The notes under the pieces were generated by a model. The model had not been told where the DNA came from, did not search any database, and saw only the letters and a list, made by a program, of their open reading frames with translations. This document shows positions 14,578 through 29,018 of a stretch of 64,000 bases of DNA, piece by piece; position 1 is the first letter of the stretch, and each line of letters opens with the position of its first letter. A program made the translations under genes and the position numbers. Location of the stretch: NCBI GenBank assembly GCA_951406725.2, contig OX597830.1, positions 17,546,001-17,610,000 of the forward strand, written 5' to 3'. This stretch comes from Octopus vulgaris. Lineage: Eukaryota.

Positions 14578-14832
14578 TAATTACAGTTGGAACGCCTTTG
14601 ATAAATATCTAATTGATCAGTGGTGATCTGCGGTTAAACCTGAACAATGTAAAATAACATACATCAAGATACCCTCTGTCTCAATACGTAGGGATGGTCG
14701 CGATTGGATCAGATTTAATCAGAAACGAACTGGGACTAAAAAAAAACCACCACCACCTACAAGAAGAATATTATTACCATTGGCATCATCAATATCATCA
14801 CCACAACCACATCAATATTAATACCAAAGCTA

Positions 14833-15045
14833 AGACAGCGAGCTGGCAGAATCGTTGGCACGTCGGGCAAAATGCTTAGCGGCATTTTGTCCGTCTTTAC
14901 GTCCTTGGTTCAAATTCCGTCGAGGTTGACTTTGTCTTTTATCGTTCGTGATCGGTAAAATAAATACCAGTTGAGCACTGGGGTCGGCGTAATTGATTTA
15001 AGCCTTCACCCTCAAATTGCTGGTCTTCTGCCAAAATTTGAAAAC
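14833..15045 (+). mobile_element. SINE family A, degenerate
   Basis: GCGAGCTGGCAGAATCGTT...CACTGGGGTCG matches family A. Confidence 0.75.
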
Positions 15046-15059
15046 GATATTAATATCAA

Positions 15060-15500
15060 AAATCACTTACAACAATATTATCACCTGCGACATCATCAAT
15101 ATCAGCACCACTACAATATTATCACCAACATCACTACAAACATCATCATCAACAGCAACAACAACAACAACAAATGTGTCAGCAGTAATAGCGAGAACAC
15201 CACCACTACCATTCACCACCATTACCATTCGCCACCACCACCACCACCATCGTTCACCACCACCACCACCACCATCATTCACCACCACCATCGTTCACCA
15301 CCACCACCATCACCGTCACCACCACTACCACATCTATCATCACCATTATCATCGTCATCATCATCATCAGCAGCAGCAGCACCACCACCACCACCACCAC
15401 CGTCACCACCACTACCACATCTATCATCATCATCATTATCATCGACATCATCATCATGATCAGCAGCAGCACCACCACCACGACCACCAACAACAACATT
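15060..15500. repeat. Imperfect (CAC/CAT/CAA)n trinucleotide tract
   Basis: Directly visible, with internal block duplications. Confidence 0.9.
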
Positions 15501-15898
15501 AATAGCCTACTATAGCAATACCAGCGACAGAAGAATTAAGCAACCAAATTACTGACAAATCACTTCCTTGTCGTCTTAAGAAAAGGCAAAAAAACGCGTT
15601 TAGTATTGGAGTTTCAGGTATAATGAGACCGAGAAGAAGGAAAACGGAATTATCACCGCTGAACTTCCAGGTGTTTGTGTGCAAGACCTATCATTAGGGC
15701 TAGAACAGCGGGTACCCCCTCCTAGTACCCCTCCTACCGAAAGATATTAGTGAAAGTCTTTGGCAGCCATATAATACTTCTTCCTTCACCATGAAGAAGG
15801 ATAAGTTTAAAAAGTTAGAAATAATCTTAATTTTATTGAACATTGTAATCTGTTCGGCCACTTTATTAATCCTCACAACTCCTCTCTCCATCAAATAT

Positions 15899-16286
15899 GG
15901 GATGGAAGCACTCCGTCGGTTACGACGACGAGGGTTCCGGTTGATCCGATCAACGGAACAGCCTGCTCGTGAAATTAACGTCTAAGTGGCTGAGCACTCC
16001 ACAGACACGCGTACCCTTAACGTAGTTCTCGAGGAGATTCAGCGTGACACAAGAGAGTGACAAGGCCGGCCCTTTGAAATACAGGTACAACAGAAACAGG
16101 AAGTAAGAGTGAGAGAAAGTTGTGGTGAAAGAGTACAGCAGGGATCACCACCATCCCTGCCGGAGCCTCGCGGAGCTTTAGGTGTTTTCGCTCAATAAAC
16201 ACTCACAACGCCCGGTCTGGGAATCGAAACCGCGATCCTACGACCGCGAGTCCGCTGCCCTAACCACTGGGCCATTGCGCCTCCAC
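15899..16286 (-). mobile_element. SINE family C, full length
   Basis: Minus strand starts GTGGAGGCGCAATGGCCCAGTGGTTAGGGCAGCGGACTCGCGG with B box GGTTTCGATTCCC; 11-bp TSD CCATCAAATAT at 15888-15898 and 16287-16297. Confidence 0.92.
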
Positions 16287-16480
16287 CCATCAAATATATC
16301 CCACCTCTGAATACTGGTTTACAGGTGTGGAGAAATGACCAGTGGGTCTAGGGGTGTCATCAGCATGTCTAGAGATGTTGTCATTGGTTGTCGGTAGGCC
16401 GTCATCGTAAACCTTTAATACACTTCTGCGCTAAGCTGTTTATGGTATGACATACTTCCTCTCTTAACAAAAATAAATAT

Positions 16481-16600
16481 AGGCGCAGGCGCAGCTGTCG
16501 GGTAAGATGTTTGCTTCCCAACCACATGGTTCTGGGTTCAATCTCAATACGTGGCACCTTAGGCAAATGTCTTCTAAGCCTCGGGCTGAAAAAAGTAAAA
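16481..16600 (+). mobile_element. SINE family B, head fragment
   Basis: ...CCAACCACATGGTTCTGGGTTCAATC... matches the family B head. Confidence 0.65.
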
Positions 16601-16817
16601 GATAAAGAATAAATACGAAGAGATAGTTAAATAAACAAACGCGTGGGGGAGAGATGACACAATGGATATATCTATTTCAACAACTGACTGATCCAGTACT
16701 GTCATATTATTGGGTGTCCAGGCTTCATTTATCGCCGTTGTTAATTCCTACCCAATCGAGATTGAACACTCATAAGGCATATCTCCAAAGGTGTTTCAGA
16801 TACACACACACACACAC

Positions 16818-16941
<124 letters not shown>

Positions 16942-17599
16942 CTATTTATCTGAGACTCCGTTGTCTAATGGATTCTTAATTGTAAGATTAGTGCTTGATC
17001 TGATGGAGCTTTGGCTGCTATTTCTAACAGGTCAAGCACCAGCACCAGCTCCAGCTTCAGCAGAAGCAGAACCACCACCACCACCACCTCTCTCCTTGAA
17101 ATAACCGATAGTAACAACATTATCATCGATATTTTTTTCCTCTATCATTAGAAATATTAGCGGGACACGTGAATATTTCACTAATGGTAAACTTATTTAT
17201 TTCTCGAAACCTTATCCAAAAAAACCTGAAAGCATTTTGGAAAGATAGTCGCTCATTGAAAAGTGAAAGAAATTGGAATACGATGATTACTTAATGCACT
17301 TTATATACTTTATGCTTAATTTTATAGGCTCAATACACAACACTCTCCCTCTGTCTCTCTCACTCTTCGCCTTACCCTCCTTTTTCTTTCGCTTTTCGCC
17401 TTTTCCTTCAAACAGTCACGTGAAAGCTTTACAGACGGACAACATAATCGAAGTAAAAAACACCTTGTTAAAAAAATACACATTTCACTAACCTTCCCCT
17501 TCTCAACCCCTCCCATTCTTCCTCTCCCTCCTCCTTAAACTAATCATGTGGAAGCGTAACGGACGGGCTAAGTAACGGGGTGACAAACAGAATTGTAGA

Positions 17600-17785
17600 T
17601 ACTTTCTACTATAGGCACGAATCTCGAAATCTTGGGTGAGGGGACCATCAGCCCCATTGCTCGACTTATACTTATTTTACCGACCCTGAAAGGCTGAAAA
17701 GCAAAGTCGACCTCTGCGAAATTTGAACTCAGAACATAAAGACGGACGAAATGCCACTAACGATTCTGTCTGCTTGCTACCTCAC
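17600..17785 (-). mobile_element. SINE family A, degenerate
   Basis: CGACCCTGAAAGG...GCAAAGTCGACCTC...TTTGAACTCAGAAC. Confidence 0.7.
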
Positions 17786-17849
17786 CACCTTTATCATTTT
17801 AAATATCGCCACTAAACTCGGACGATTTTAGTAGTGTAGCAGCAACAGC

Positions 17850-19115
<1,266 letters not shown>

Positions 19116-19379
19116 GAGGGAGCAATGATGATTTATTTATTGGCCACAGAGTCCCACCGCATCAAATAGAAGCCATTTCATACAAAAGGGATTATAAACA
19201 TGTTGACTGTATGCGCATGCGCATGTGGGTGCGTATGTGCATTTGTGTGTACGTACTGTAGGCTGTGATAAATGTATAGTCAGGGTAATAAAACGCAACG
19301 TTAATTTCTCTTGTAATAACTTCCTGAAAAATTATCCAAAATAAATTAAAGCTTTTTCTCACTATTTTGTAGGCACTTA

Positions 19380-20960
19380 CTTCTTCTTTAGCTAATATTA
19401 TGGTTTTCATTCCATTAGGCCTGGATTTGATTAAATTATCAATGACAAATTGATCCTCTTTCATCCAGTCTTTGAACAATGCTTGTTTCATTTCAGAAAT
19501 TAACAATTCTACGCAAAATCTTCTGTCAAGATGTTTTCATAGTGTTTTTATTGGATTAAAATTTGAGATCAGGGTTTTGAGCAAATTACATCAGCGGTTT
19601 GATCCTAGGATCTTTTCTTTTCAAAGTTTGTGTGGCTTAGAAACTCCACCTGATAATAGCAGAGTTTTCTTATCAATTTCTACTTTCAAACAACTGGAAA
19701 ATAGAATTTTTTTCAAGTATTTGACTGTATTTATGTCCATGTGTATGATTTTCAACGCAACTTTGCTCCGACTATGTCTGCCACCCAAAACTATCTTAAT
19801 ATCATACCTTAATATCATACTATCACAAGAACCAGATATGTTGTCCCCCCCCACCACCACACATAAAGTGGAAATGAATTAATCATAATAAATGGCAAAT
19901 CTAACCGAAAAACCATCCACTGCGGAGAAAGCTTATCAAGCCATGCCAATGCCATGAACAAGCATAATCGCGATGACTGACGGCAGAAATCCTTTCTATC
20001 AATTTCTACATTGAAAATGAATGAGAAATAGACCCATCTCAAATATTTGACAGTATTTAGGTCATGTATATGACTTTCAACAAAAATTAGCTCCGATATG
20101 CCTGCTGCCCAGACTCCCTTCCGTATCTTAATGCCAACACTGCCAGCAAACAATACGGGTCCCATATCTCGGTTTTGTTGTATCACACACATATCTGCCT
20201 TAGATTGGGAAAAGGTCGAATTTGCTTTTCGTCAGACCATGTTATAGAAGACTAAAAACCGTTTCATTTGTGGCAAGACTTTTTATATTGTTCCTACGTG
20301 TGACTGTGTGGAAAGAAGATTGCTTCCCAACCACATGGTTCCGGGTTCAGTCCCATTGCGTGGCACCTTGGACAAGTGTCTTCTACTATAGCTTTGTGCC
20401 AACGAACGCTTTGTGAGTGAATTTGATAGACGGAAAATGAAAGAGGCCCGTCGTGTGTGTGTGTATGTGTGTATGTGTGTGAGTGTGTGTGAGACTTTGT
20501 GTCTGTGTTTCTTCCCCACCACCGCTTGACAATCAGTGCTGGTTTATTTACGTCCCCGTAACTTAGCGTTTCGGCAAAAGATACCGATAGAATAAGCACC
20601 AGGCTTAAAAATAAAAGGACTTGGGTCGATTAGTTCAACTAAAAAAAATAATAACTCTTCAAGGTGGTGCCCCAGCATGGCCGCAGTCACATGACTGAAG
20701 CAAGTAGAAGATAAAAGATAAAAATATGTCGACATATCCATAGAATTTACAACCTCTCTAAAAGTTACACTTTGCCGTTTCATGCTTGTCCTCTTTGCCT
20801 TCTTTCGAAAGTTTTCGTAGCCAGCAAGAAATACTTTGTTTTTTTTAAAGTCGGCAATGCCCTCCTTCAATCCATTTCTTGATTTAAGAAATTGTGCTAT
20901 TTTTAATTGAATCTTCCACGATGATACCAGCCGGTGGGTTTTGTTCACGTACAAAATCAG
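19380..20960 (-). pseudogene. Degenerate Tc1-family transposase, interrupted by a SINE
   Basis: Minus-strand frames give AAGISELIFVE...LNTVKYL, then PDL..NPIKTL*KHLDRR, then EMKQALFKDW...IDNLIKSRPNGMKTIILAK. These match the Tc1 SPDLNPIE motif and C-terminus. An HTH-like N-terminal remnant lies at 20740-20950. Confidence 0.7.
20296..20722 (+). mobile_element. SINE family B
   Basis: Homologous to the copy at 23198-23585. Confidence 0.85.
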
Positions 20961-21243
20961 ATGTCTTCTTTTCCGAATGGTCTTTTGTTTTGCGTTTTAT
21001 CAAATAAAGTTTAGAATTAATCAAAAATGGAAATAGAAATGAAAACTAAAACAAAAATATATTCATTCTATAGACTTGCAAAGAAGAGAAAACGTCTGGA
21101 TAAAAAAAAAAAACAACAACAAAACAAAACAAAAAACTGAAAGCTCAATAAATCTTTGAAATGTTTACTTAAGTCTATGTAAATATGTCTGTGTGTATCT
21201 GTATGTGTGTGTGTGTACCTATGTGTCTGTGTGTTTAGATCGG

Positions 21244-21293
<50 letters not shown>

Positions 21294-21649
21294 TTGTGTA
21301 TCACAGTATCGACCAGACTAACTGATGTTGTTACTCACTGCTGGTCAGTCACAATGCCATTGGCATTGTTCTAGCTTTCCAATGATGCTACTAACGCTGG
21401 TTAGGCGGGTAGGACGACATTAACACTTTGAGGAGACACCAGTCTTGTCACTGTGTTACCCATTTGCAGCTGAGCGGACTGGAGCGACATAAAATGAAGT
21501 ATTTTGCTGAAGAACACATCGCACATCCAGTCCGAGAAATACATACATACATACATACATACATACATACATACATACATACAAACAGACAGACAGACAG
21601 ACATACACGCACACACATTTTGTATGTAAAAGAATTTTTAATCTTCGGA

Positions 21650-21963
21650 TTTTTTACAAATATGGTTGGCGCAAGTTGACCAAAATTGAGAGTATGATAG
21701 AAAACCTGTTCTTCATTCCGTAGAAGATAAAATTCAAATTGGACCATGTTAACACCAAAAATTTTTTACATCAAAAAGGTACTTTTTTTTCTATGAAATC
21801 TCTATTTCTTACGATTTTTTGTTGCCATTTTTCGGTGTATTTCAACCAGAAAAATGTTCACTTAAAGAGAATAACAAGCTACATAATGCAAAACTTTTAC
21901 TTTTCAAAAATTCCAATTCTAAAGGGTCGAAACAAACCCGAGCAACGTCGAGCGGTACTGCTA

Positions 21964-21964
<1 letters not shown>
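21650..21964 (+). mobile_element. Non-autonomous Helitron, 5'-truncated
   Basis: Ends with hairpin CCCGAGCAACGTCGAG then CTAG; homologous to the inverted copy at 31263-31654. Confidence 0.75.
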
Positions 21965-22052
<88 letters not shown>

Positions 22053-22136
22053 GGTCCTGGGTTGAGTCAGGGTTAACCACAGTAAATAAGGTACTCAATA
22101 CATTGCAGAGTAAATTAATTTATTTTATTGAAGGAG

Positions 22137-22183
22137 CTTCTACAGGACTAGTACTGTTTCATTCAAATGAAATCATCAGGAAG
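22137..22183 (-). ncRNA. Minimal type I hammerhead ribozyme motif (Penelope-like)
   Basis: Minus strand reads cuuc-CUGAUGA-u(uuc auuu gaa)u-GAAA-cag uacuaguc cug-UA-gaag: all three helices pair, the core is canonical and helix III is near-palindromic. Confidence 0.75.
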
Positions 22184-22209
22184 ATATATTTGCATATCTA
22201 AATATGCAG

Positions 22210-22263
<54 letters not shown>

Positions 22264-22717
22264 CTGTATATTTAGATATGCAAATATGCATAAACAAGCA
22301 TTAAGGGATAAATGAAACATCAGTCATTGGCAAAAAAAGTCATTTATATAAATACAATACATTCAATTATATATTACATGGAAAGGATTAAAATATATCA
22401 CAACATATGTCGATATATAACAATATAAAACAATGCATCCTCAAAACAGTGGACTGTATCAGCCTTTGCTTTACCCTTGGATAACATTGATGGCGTGGAG
22501 AGGAGAGGCTGGAATGCATGAGTAACTGCTGGTCTTCCATAATGAATCTTGCCCGGATTTGTGCCTCAGAGGTGAACTTTCCAGCGGCAATCCCATGGTC
22601 ATTCATGACCGAAGGGGTTCTTTACTCAGGTCACTTCAAGTCCAGAACAACCTGACACTCATGGCAGTTTCCCTCTCCCAAAAGTAAACTTCAGACTGAA
22701 TTGAAACTTAAACTTTT

Positions 22718-22951
22718 AAGGCGGCGAGCTGGCAGAAACGTTAGCACGCCGGGCGAGAATGCTTAGCGGTATTTCGTCTGTCGTTACGTTCTGAGTTCAA
22801 ATTCCGCCGAGGTCGACTTTACCTTTCATCCTTTCGGGGTCGATAAATTAAGTACCAGTTACGCACTGGGGTCGATGTAATCGACTTAATCCGTTTGTCT
22901 GTCCTTGTTTGTCCCCTCTGTGTTTAGCCCCTTATCGGCAATAAAAGAAAT
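22718..22951 (+). mobile_element. SINE family A
   Basis: Near-consensus copy with an imperfect GAATTGAAA... TSD. Confidence 0.9.
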
Positions 22952-23197
22952 AAGAATTGAAATTTAACTCTTTCAAGCGTACCAGTTGCTCCTCGCACCC
23001 ACTTTCCATTAAAATTTCTCAAGGATAGAAGCCCACACTTCACTTTCATCTTTATAAGAGGTTGATCGAAGAAGCTAGCGTCATGTTATAAACCATTTCA
23101 AATGCATCAATCATGCAATTTCTATTTTCATGGCCACAATCGAAAATAAAAGAAAACTCTCTAACTTGCCCGCATTTAATAAAAACTATTTGACGCA

Positions 23198-23585
23198 GGC
23201 GTAGGAGTGGCTGTGTGGTAAGTAGCTTGCTTACCAGCCACATGGTTCCGGGTTCAGTCCCACTGCGTGGCACCTTGGGCGAGTGTCTTCTACTATAGCC
23301 TCAGACCGACCAAAGCATTGTGAGTGGATTTGGTAGACAGAAACTGAAAAGAAGCCCGTCGTATATATGTATATATGTGTATGTGTGTGTTTGTTCCCCC
23401 AACATCACTTGACAACCGATGCTGGTGTGTTTACGTCCCCGTAACTTAGCGGTTCGGCAAAAGAGACCGATAGAATAAGTACTAGACTTACAAAGAATAA
23501 GTCCTGGGGTCGATTTGCTCGACTAAAGGCGGTGCTCCAGCATGGCCGCAGTCAAATGACTGAAACAAGTAAAAGAGTAAAAGAG
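23198..23585 (+). mobile_element. SINE family B, full length
   Basis: A box TGGCTGTGTGG, B box GGTTCAGTCCC, CORE-like CCTTGGGCGAGTG, internal (TA/TG)n, and (TAAAAGAG)n tail. Confidence 0.92.
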
Positions 23586-24335
23586 TAATATTTCAGCGTT
23601 TCCTTTTCTAACCTCGTGTAGTTTCTTAGTAATAATAATTTGGACAAGGAACGAATGTGTGAATAAAGGCTTCACCACTCTCAGCGCGTCTGAGACAAAC
23701 CTGACTCTGTGTGTGTGCGCATGCGTATGTGTGTGTGTGTGTATGTGTGTGAGTGCGCATGCACGATCACACAGAAAAAAAAGAAAGAGAAAACAAGACA
23801 TAGAAATAGAAGATAAACGCACACACGCGTAACACATCTACATATATTTTTGGAAATATAAATGGGAATATAAAATCAAAACTAAAAACCCAATAAAAAA
23901 CGGAGGGAAAAAAACCCCTCCAACAGAAAACGATGTAAAAATTGCTAGTAAGAGTATAAATATTGAATCAATATAACTGAAAGCCATCTTCCAAATTCTT
24001 GGTATCGTTATCTTTAAATGAAAAAAACAAAAACTTCTATTTTATTTTTTGGTCTTTTAGCTTAATGCAGATGTAAAACGTCGTGGAATTTTCTGGAAGA
24101 GAAGACAAGTACGACAACGAGGCAGAATGCAGGCCCTTCTATGGATGGTTCTGAGGGTTTATGGATACATGTATCTATGTATCTATGAAAATGTACGTAT
24201 ATCTATTTTTCCTATATGCATGTGTGTGTGTGTGTGTACAGATGGCTGGATGGATTTACAATACATGCGTGTGCATATACAAATATTCTTGTACATGTAT
24301 AGTTAAGTATACTTGTATATTTACACACGTGTATT

Positions 24336-24368
<33 letters not shown>

Positions 24369-24390
24369 ATGTATAAATAAATAAATAAAA

Positions 24391-24425
<35 letters not shown>

Positions 24426-24689
24426 TACATACATATTTATATATATATATATGTGTGTGTGTGTATGAGCTGCTATAACTAATACAACAGAAGATTCAGA
24501 CCAAACCCCATAACAAGACATACCGATGCAGTACAATATTCTACCCCACCGTCACAAAGTGCAGCAAATGATGTAATAGAAAGTTGCTTGAAACTATGAG
24601 ATGTTGAAAAATAATAGTCGTGATGACGTTGGTGACGAATGATACCTTACCTCAGTTTATCAGAGACAGGAATTTCTGTAGAAACCTAA

Positions 24690-26062
24690 AAGAAGGGGTT
24701 ACAGAAAACGGATGTCAACACTTTGGGTAGAGCAGGGTATGTTTCAAGTGACTGAGCAGAGACTAGTAGATGAAGCTAATGCTGTTAGGAGAAGAAAGTG
24801 TATGATAGAATTGGAGGTGGAAGAGATTACAGAGATCAAAAGAGAACTGGAAAAGAAATATCAGGCAGTAGAAAAGACAAACAACAACATAAGAGATACA
24901 GCTCAAACTAAATAAGAACCTAAAGGAAAAAATAACAATAGCGTCTCCAGTAAGGAAGAGACAACTGGCACTAGTGATTTAAGCGATTTAAGTGAGGAAG
25001 ATCAGAAGATTTTAGATGAGTTACAGGAAGTAATGAGTAAAGAAGTAAGAAAAGGATTGCCAGCATTAAAAGGCATCAACAGAAGGAAGCTGCTAGAGAT
25101 GACTAGGAAAGTAGATTCTGTTATCAATAGGATAGATACTAAAAATGTAGGAAGGGTAATAGTTACTAGAAGATTAGATAGTCCAGAAGGTAAAATTAGA
25201 AAAGAGCAAATGTGGAAAAGGTGATTACAAAATAAAGTGAAAATTTAAGACAAGATCAGAGTACTATAGAAGCCTGGAAACTGAAAATGTTGGGAAACAC
25301 AAGATTCAAATCTTCTCTTGAGAAAAGATACTTAGTCAAAGAGAAAGGATTTTGGACTGTTATAGAAGAGTTGAAAGTGCGTATCATAGCAATAGCAGGT
25401 AAGCTTTCCAGATATCAGAAAATAATCGATCAGTATCAACAGAATAGATAATTTGAGACAGACTAGAGGAGATTTTATAACCAAATAAATAGTGGAGAAT
25501 AAAGAACTGAAGATGAGATACCTAATTCAGACGAAGCTAGAAAATTCTGGAATAATATTTGGGATAAGTCAGTCACTCATAATGGAGATGCAGTATGGTT
25601 AAAGAAAGTGAGGGAAGAAATAGTGAGTGAGAAGCAGCCAGGTCCAGGACCAGATTTGTTTCAAGGGTATTGGCTAAAGAAATTCAGTAGTCTACATGGG
25701 AGGCTGAGGGAACAGCTTCAGGATTACCTTAATGGAGGAATAATACCAGATTGGATGCCTAGAGGGAGAACAATACTCCTTATGAAAGATTAAAGCAAGG
25801 GTAATACAGCTAACAATGGAAGACCAACAACTTGCTTACCTTTAATCTGGAAGCTGTTAACAGGAATGCTTTTAGAAAGCATTTACGAGCACCTTGGTAG
25901 CTAGAATTTATTGCCAGAACAGTAAGGTTGCAGGAAGAAGGCAAGAAGTAAAAGCTAGAAAGAAAAATCAAACAATAGCATGGATAGATTATAAGAAAGC
26001 CTATGATATGATCCCACACTCAAGGATAAGTGAATGTTTGAGTATGTTCAGTATAGCAAATA
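24690..26062 (+). pseudogene. R4/Dong-clade LINE, N-terminal and RT remnant
   Basis: TEQRLVDEANAVRR; PGPDLFQGYWLKKF...PDWMPRGRTILL; AWIDYKKAYDMIPHS; many stops and frameshifts. Confidence 0.85.
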
Positions 26063-26065
26063 CCA

Positions 26066-26252
26066 TGTGTTTGTTCCCCCAACATCGCTTGACAACCGAT
26101 GCTGGTGCGTTTACGTACCCGTAACTTAGCGGTTAAAAGAGAACGATAGAATAAGTACTAGGCTTACAAAAATAAGTCCTGGAGTCGATTAGCTCCACTA
26201 AAGGTGGTGCTCCAGCATAGCCGCAGTCAACATGACTGAAACAAGTAAAAGA

Positions 26253-26291
<39 letters not shown>

Positions 26292-26509
26292 TGCAGGAGT
26301 GGCTGTGTGGTAAGTAGCTTGCTAACCAACCACATGGTTCCGGGTTCAGTCCCACTGCGTGGCATCTTGGGTAAGTGTCTTCTGCTATAGCCCCGGGCCG
26401 ACCAAAGTCTTGTGAGTGGATTTGGTAGACGGAAACTGAAAGAAGCCTGTCGTATATTTATATAGACGGATATACTGAAAGAAGCCTGTATATATATATA
26501 TATACATAC

Positions 26510-26541
<32 letters not shown>

Positions 26542-26723
26542 TTGTCCCCCTAGCATTGCTTAACATTGCTGGTGAGTTTACGTCCCCGTCACTTAGCGGT
26601 TCGGCAAAAGATTCCGATAGAATAAGTACTGGGCTTACAAAGAATAAGTCCCGGTGTCGATTTGCTCGACTAAAGGCGGTGCTCCAGCATGGCCGCAGTC
26701 AAATGACTGAAACAAATAAAAGA
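26066..26723 (+). mobile_element. Two SINE family B copies (3' half 26066-26253; full 26289-26723)
   Basis: Homologous to the copy at 23198-23585. Confidence 0.88.
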
Positions 26724-26726
26724 GTG

Positions 26727-26787
<61 letters not shown>

Positions 26788-26882
26788 CAATGCTTCATGA
26801 AAACTATTCTACTCTAATATGCATACATACATATATTACACACATACACACATGCATACACACATATACATGCATGCATACA

Positions 26883-26914
<32 letters not shown>

Positions 26915-27409
26915 CACACATCAACGTGTGTATATGTATGACGACGACGACGTCAATAACAACATCAGGATTAAAGGCAGCAATGGCGACAGCAGTTACA
27001 ACTTTCGAAATAAACCCGCGAAGCTCTAGAACGGGTTTGTAGCACCGATGAGGAAAACTATGAGGATAGCATAAAACAACACAGCAAAGGCGAATTTTAA
27101 TAACAGGAGTAAAACAAAAGCTGAGGAGGGGGCATTGGTGGGAATGTGTGTGTAGGGGGCGGATGTTCAGTGTTGATACTTCTTTGTGACGTCTAATAAG
27201 GGGGAAACTGTCTTTTGTGAAGTGGAATAAATAACAAAGAATAAGGCAGTCAGCTTGGATGAACAGCAAATATTTCAATGTTTATATTTCCTTGTTGTGC
27301 AGTGTTGTTCGTATGTCACGCTCTCTCATTCTACTTCCCTCTCTCTTTCTTTCTCTGTACATACATACATATATACATACATGCATATTATATACATACA
27401 TACCCATAC

Positions 27410-28180
27410 ACATCATAGTGATTTGGGATACAGAAGAGAAGCTACGTACGGTAGTAGAGATCAGCAGCCCTAAGGTGGCGAGATGGCAGAATCGTTAATA
27501 CACCGGGCGAAATGCTTAGCGGTATTTCGTCTGCCGCTACGTTCTGAGTTCAAATTCTGCCGAGGTCGACTTTGCCTTTCATCCTTTCGGGGTCGATTAA
27601 ATAAGTACCAGTTACGCACTGGGGTCGATGTAATCGACTTAATCCGTTTGTCTGTCCTTGCTTGTCCCCTCTCTATTTAGCCCCTTGTGGGTAATAAAGA
27701 AACAGGTATTTCGTCTGCCGCTACGTTCAGAGTTCAAATACCGCCAAGGTCAAGTTTGCCTTTCATCCTTTCGGGGTCGATAAATTAATTACCAACTACG
27801 CACTGGGGTCGATGTAATCGACTTAATCTCTTTGTCTGTCCTTGTTTGTCCCCTCTGTGTTTAACCCCTTGTGGGCAGTAAAGAAATAAGAAATCAGCAT
27901 CCCAGCAGATGTCAACATAAAGCTAAAGATCAGCGAAAAAGAAAATACCTACACTGAACTATTGAAAAATCTACACTTACTCTATCTAGATTACAAGTCA
28001 GTTTTATACCTGTAATTATTGGGGAACTGGGATATGTAACACACTGCCTAAGTACTAATCTTGAGAAATTAGGCTTCTCAAAACCAGAAAGGAGAAAGCT
28101 GATTCGAAGATTACAGATCCAAGCCATCACTGGAACCGTTAATATTTGTAAAACTTTCCAGAAATTTATTGTTTAAGTAT
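27410..28180 (+). pseudogene. RLE-domain C-terminus of a non-LTR retrotransposon, split by a SINE
   Basis: IVIWDTEEKLRTVVEISSP [SINE] ADVNIKLKISEKENTYTELL...PVIIGELGYV...QAITGTVNICKTF. Confidence 0.7.
27472..27887 (+). mobile_element. SINE family A, dimeric copy
   Basis: Core and tail repeated twice; imperfect TSD AGA(G/A)ATCAGCA(G/T)CCC. Confidence 0.9.
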
Positions 28181-28937
28181 ATATACATATGTCTAGATGT
28201 GCAACTGCATGGCAATACAAACATAAAACAGAACATATAAATCTGCCCATGTACTGACACCAAATATTGCACATATGCACACATATATGCATAAGTATCC
28301 TGTTGATATTGTTGAAATTCTAATGAAGGACGCTTCGATCGAGTTTTGAAACAACTATTTCTCTATTGGTAAGAAATCTTACAAATAAAGCTTAATAATG
28401 ACATATATACATATGGATGTGTACAGGAAATGAGCACAAATGATAAAAACACAAAGAGAAGTGAAAGTTAAGCTCCTGTCAGATATATAACTAAGGATTA
28501 ATGTAGTTTCGCTACCCCAGGCAGACCTGCATATTTGGGATACCAACAACGATTGGATGCGATTTTGTGGCAATAGTTTCAAATATGATGAGGAACAAAA
28601 ACAAGAAAACATAGTTTAGACTTAATGACCGGGGCGGAGAAAGACAAGAGCAAGAAAATATATGGATAAGTGTAACTAGGACAAAAATTAATGAATTACG
28701 GTTTGAATGCCTAAAATAAAACATTCGAATACGATGAAGATAAAATAAAACAATAACACAAAGCAATAGCAAGTGCAACGTGAAGTTGAAAGAAAAGGTA
28801 CAAGTGCTAGACGAATTTCTTGAGCTCATGTCGGAGACGAGATGGATATGTATAGTGATTAGAGAAGGTGGAAGATAATAGGGAGATTACTGGTCAGAAA
28901 GAAGAGACAAGCAAGCTGGAGATGTAAAGCAGACAGT

Positions 28938-28939
<2 letters not shown>

Positions 28940-29018
<79 letters not shown>

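Noticed and set aside
16210-16286. tRNA-like sequence, and similar heads elsewhere
   Set aside because: Continuous with SINE bodies and bracketed by TSDs, so these are SINE heads and not tRNA genes.
24040-24160. Possible host exon after a pyrimidine tract and AG at 24059-24060
   Set aside because: No recognisable protein similarity or strong donor site; needs RNA-seq.
28420-28860. Possible very old LINE RT remnant
   Set aside because: Too decayed to assign by eye.
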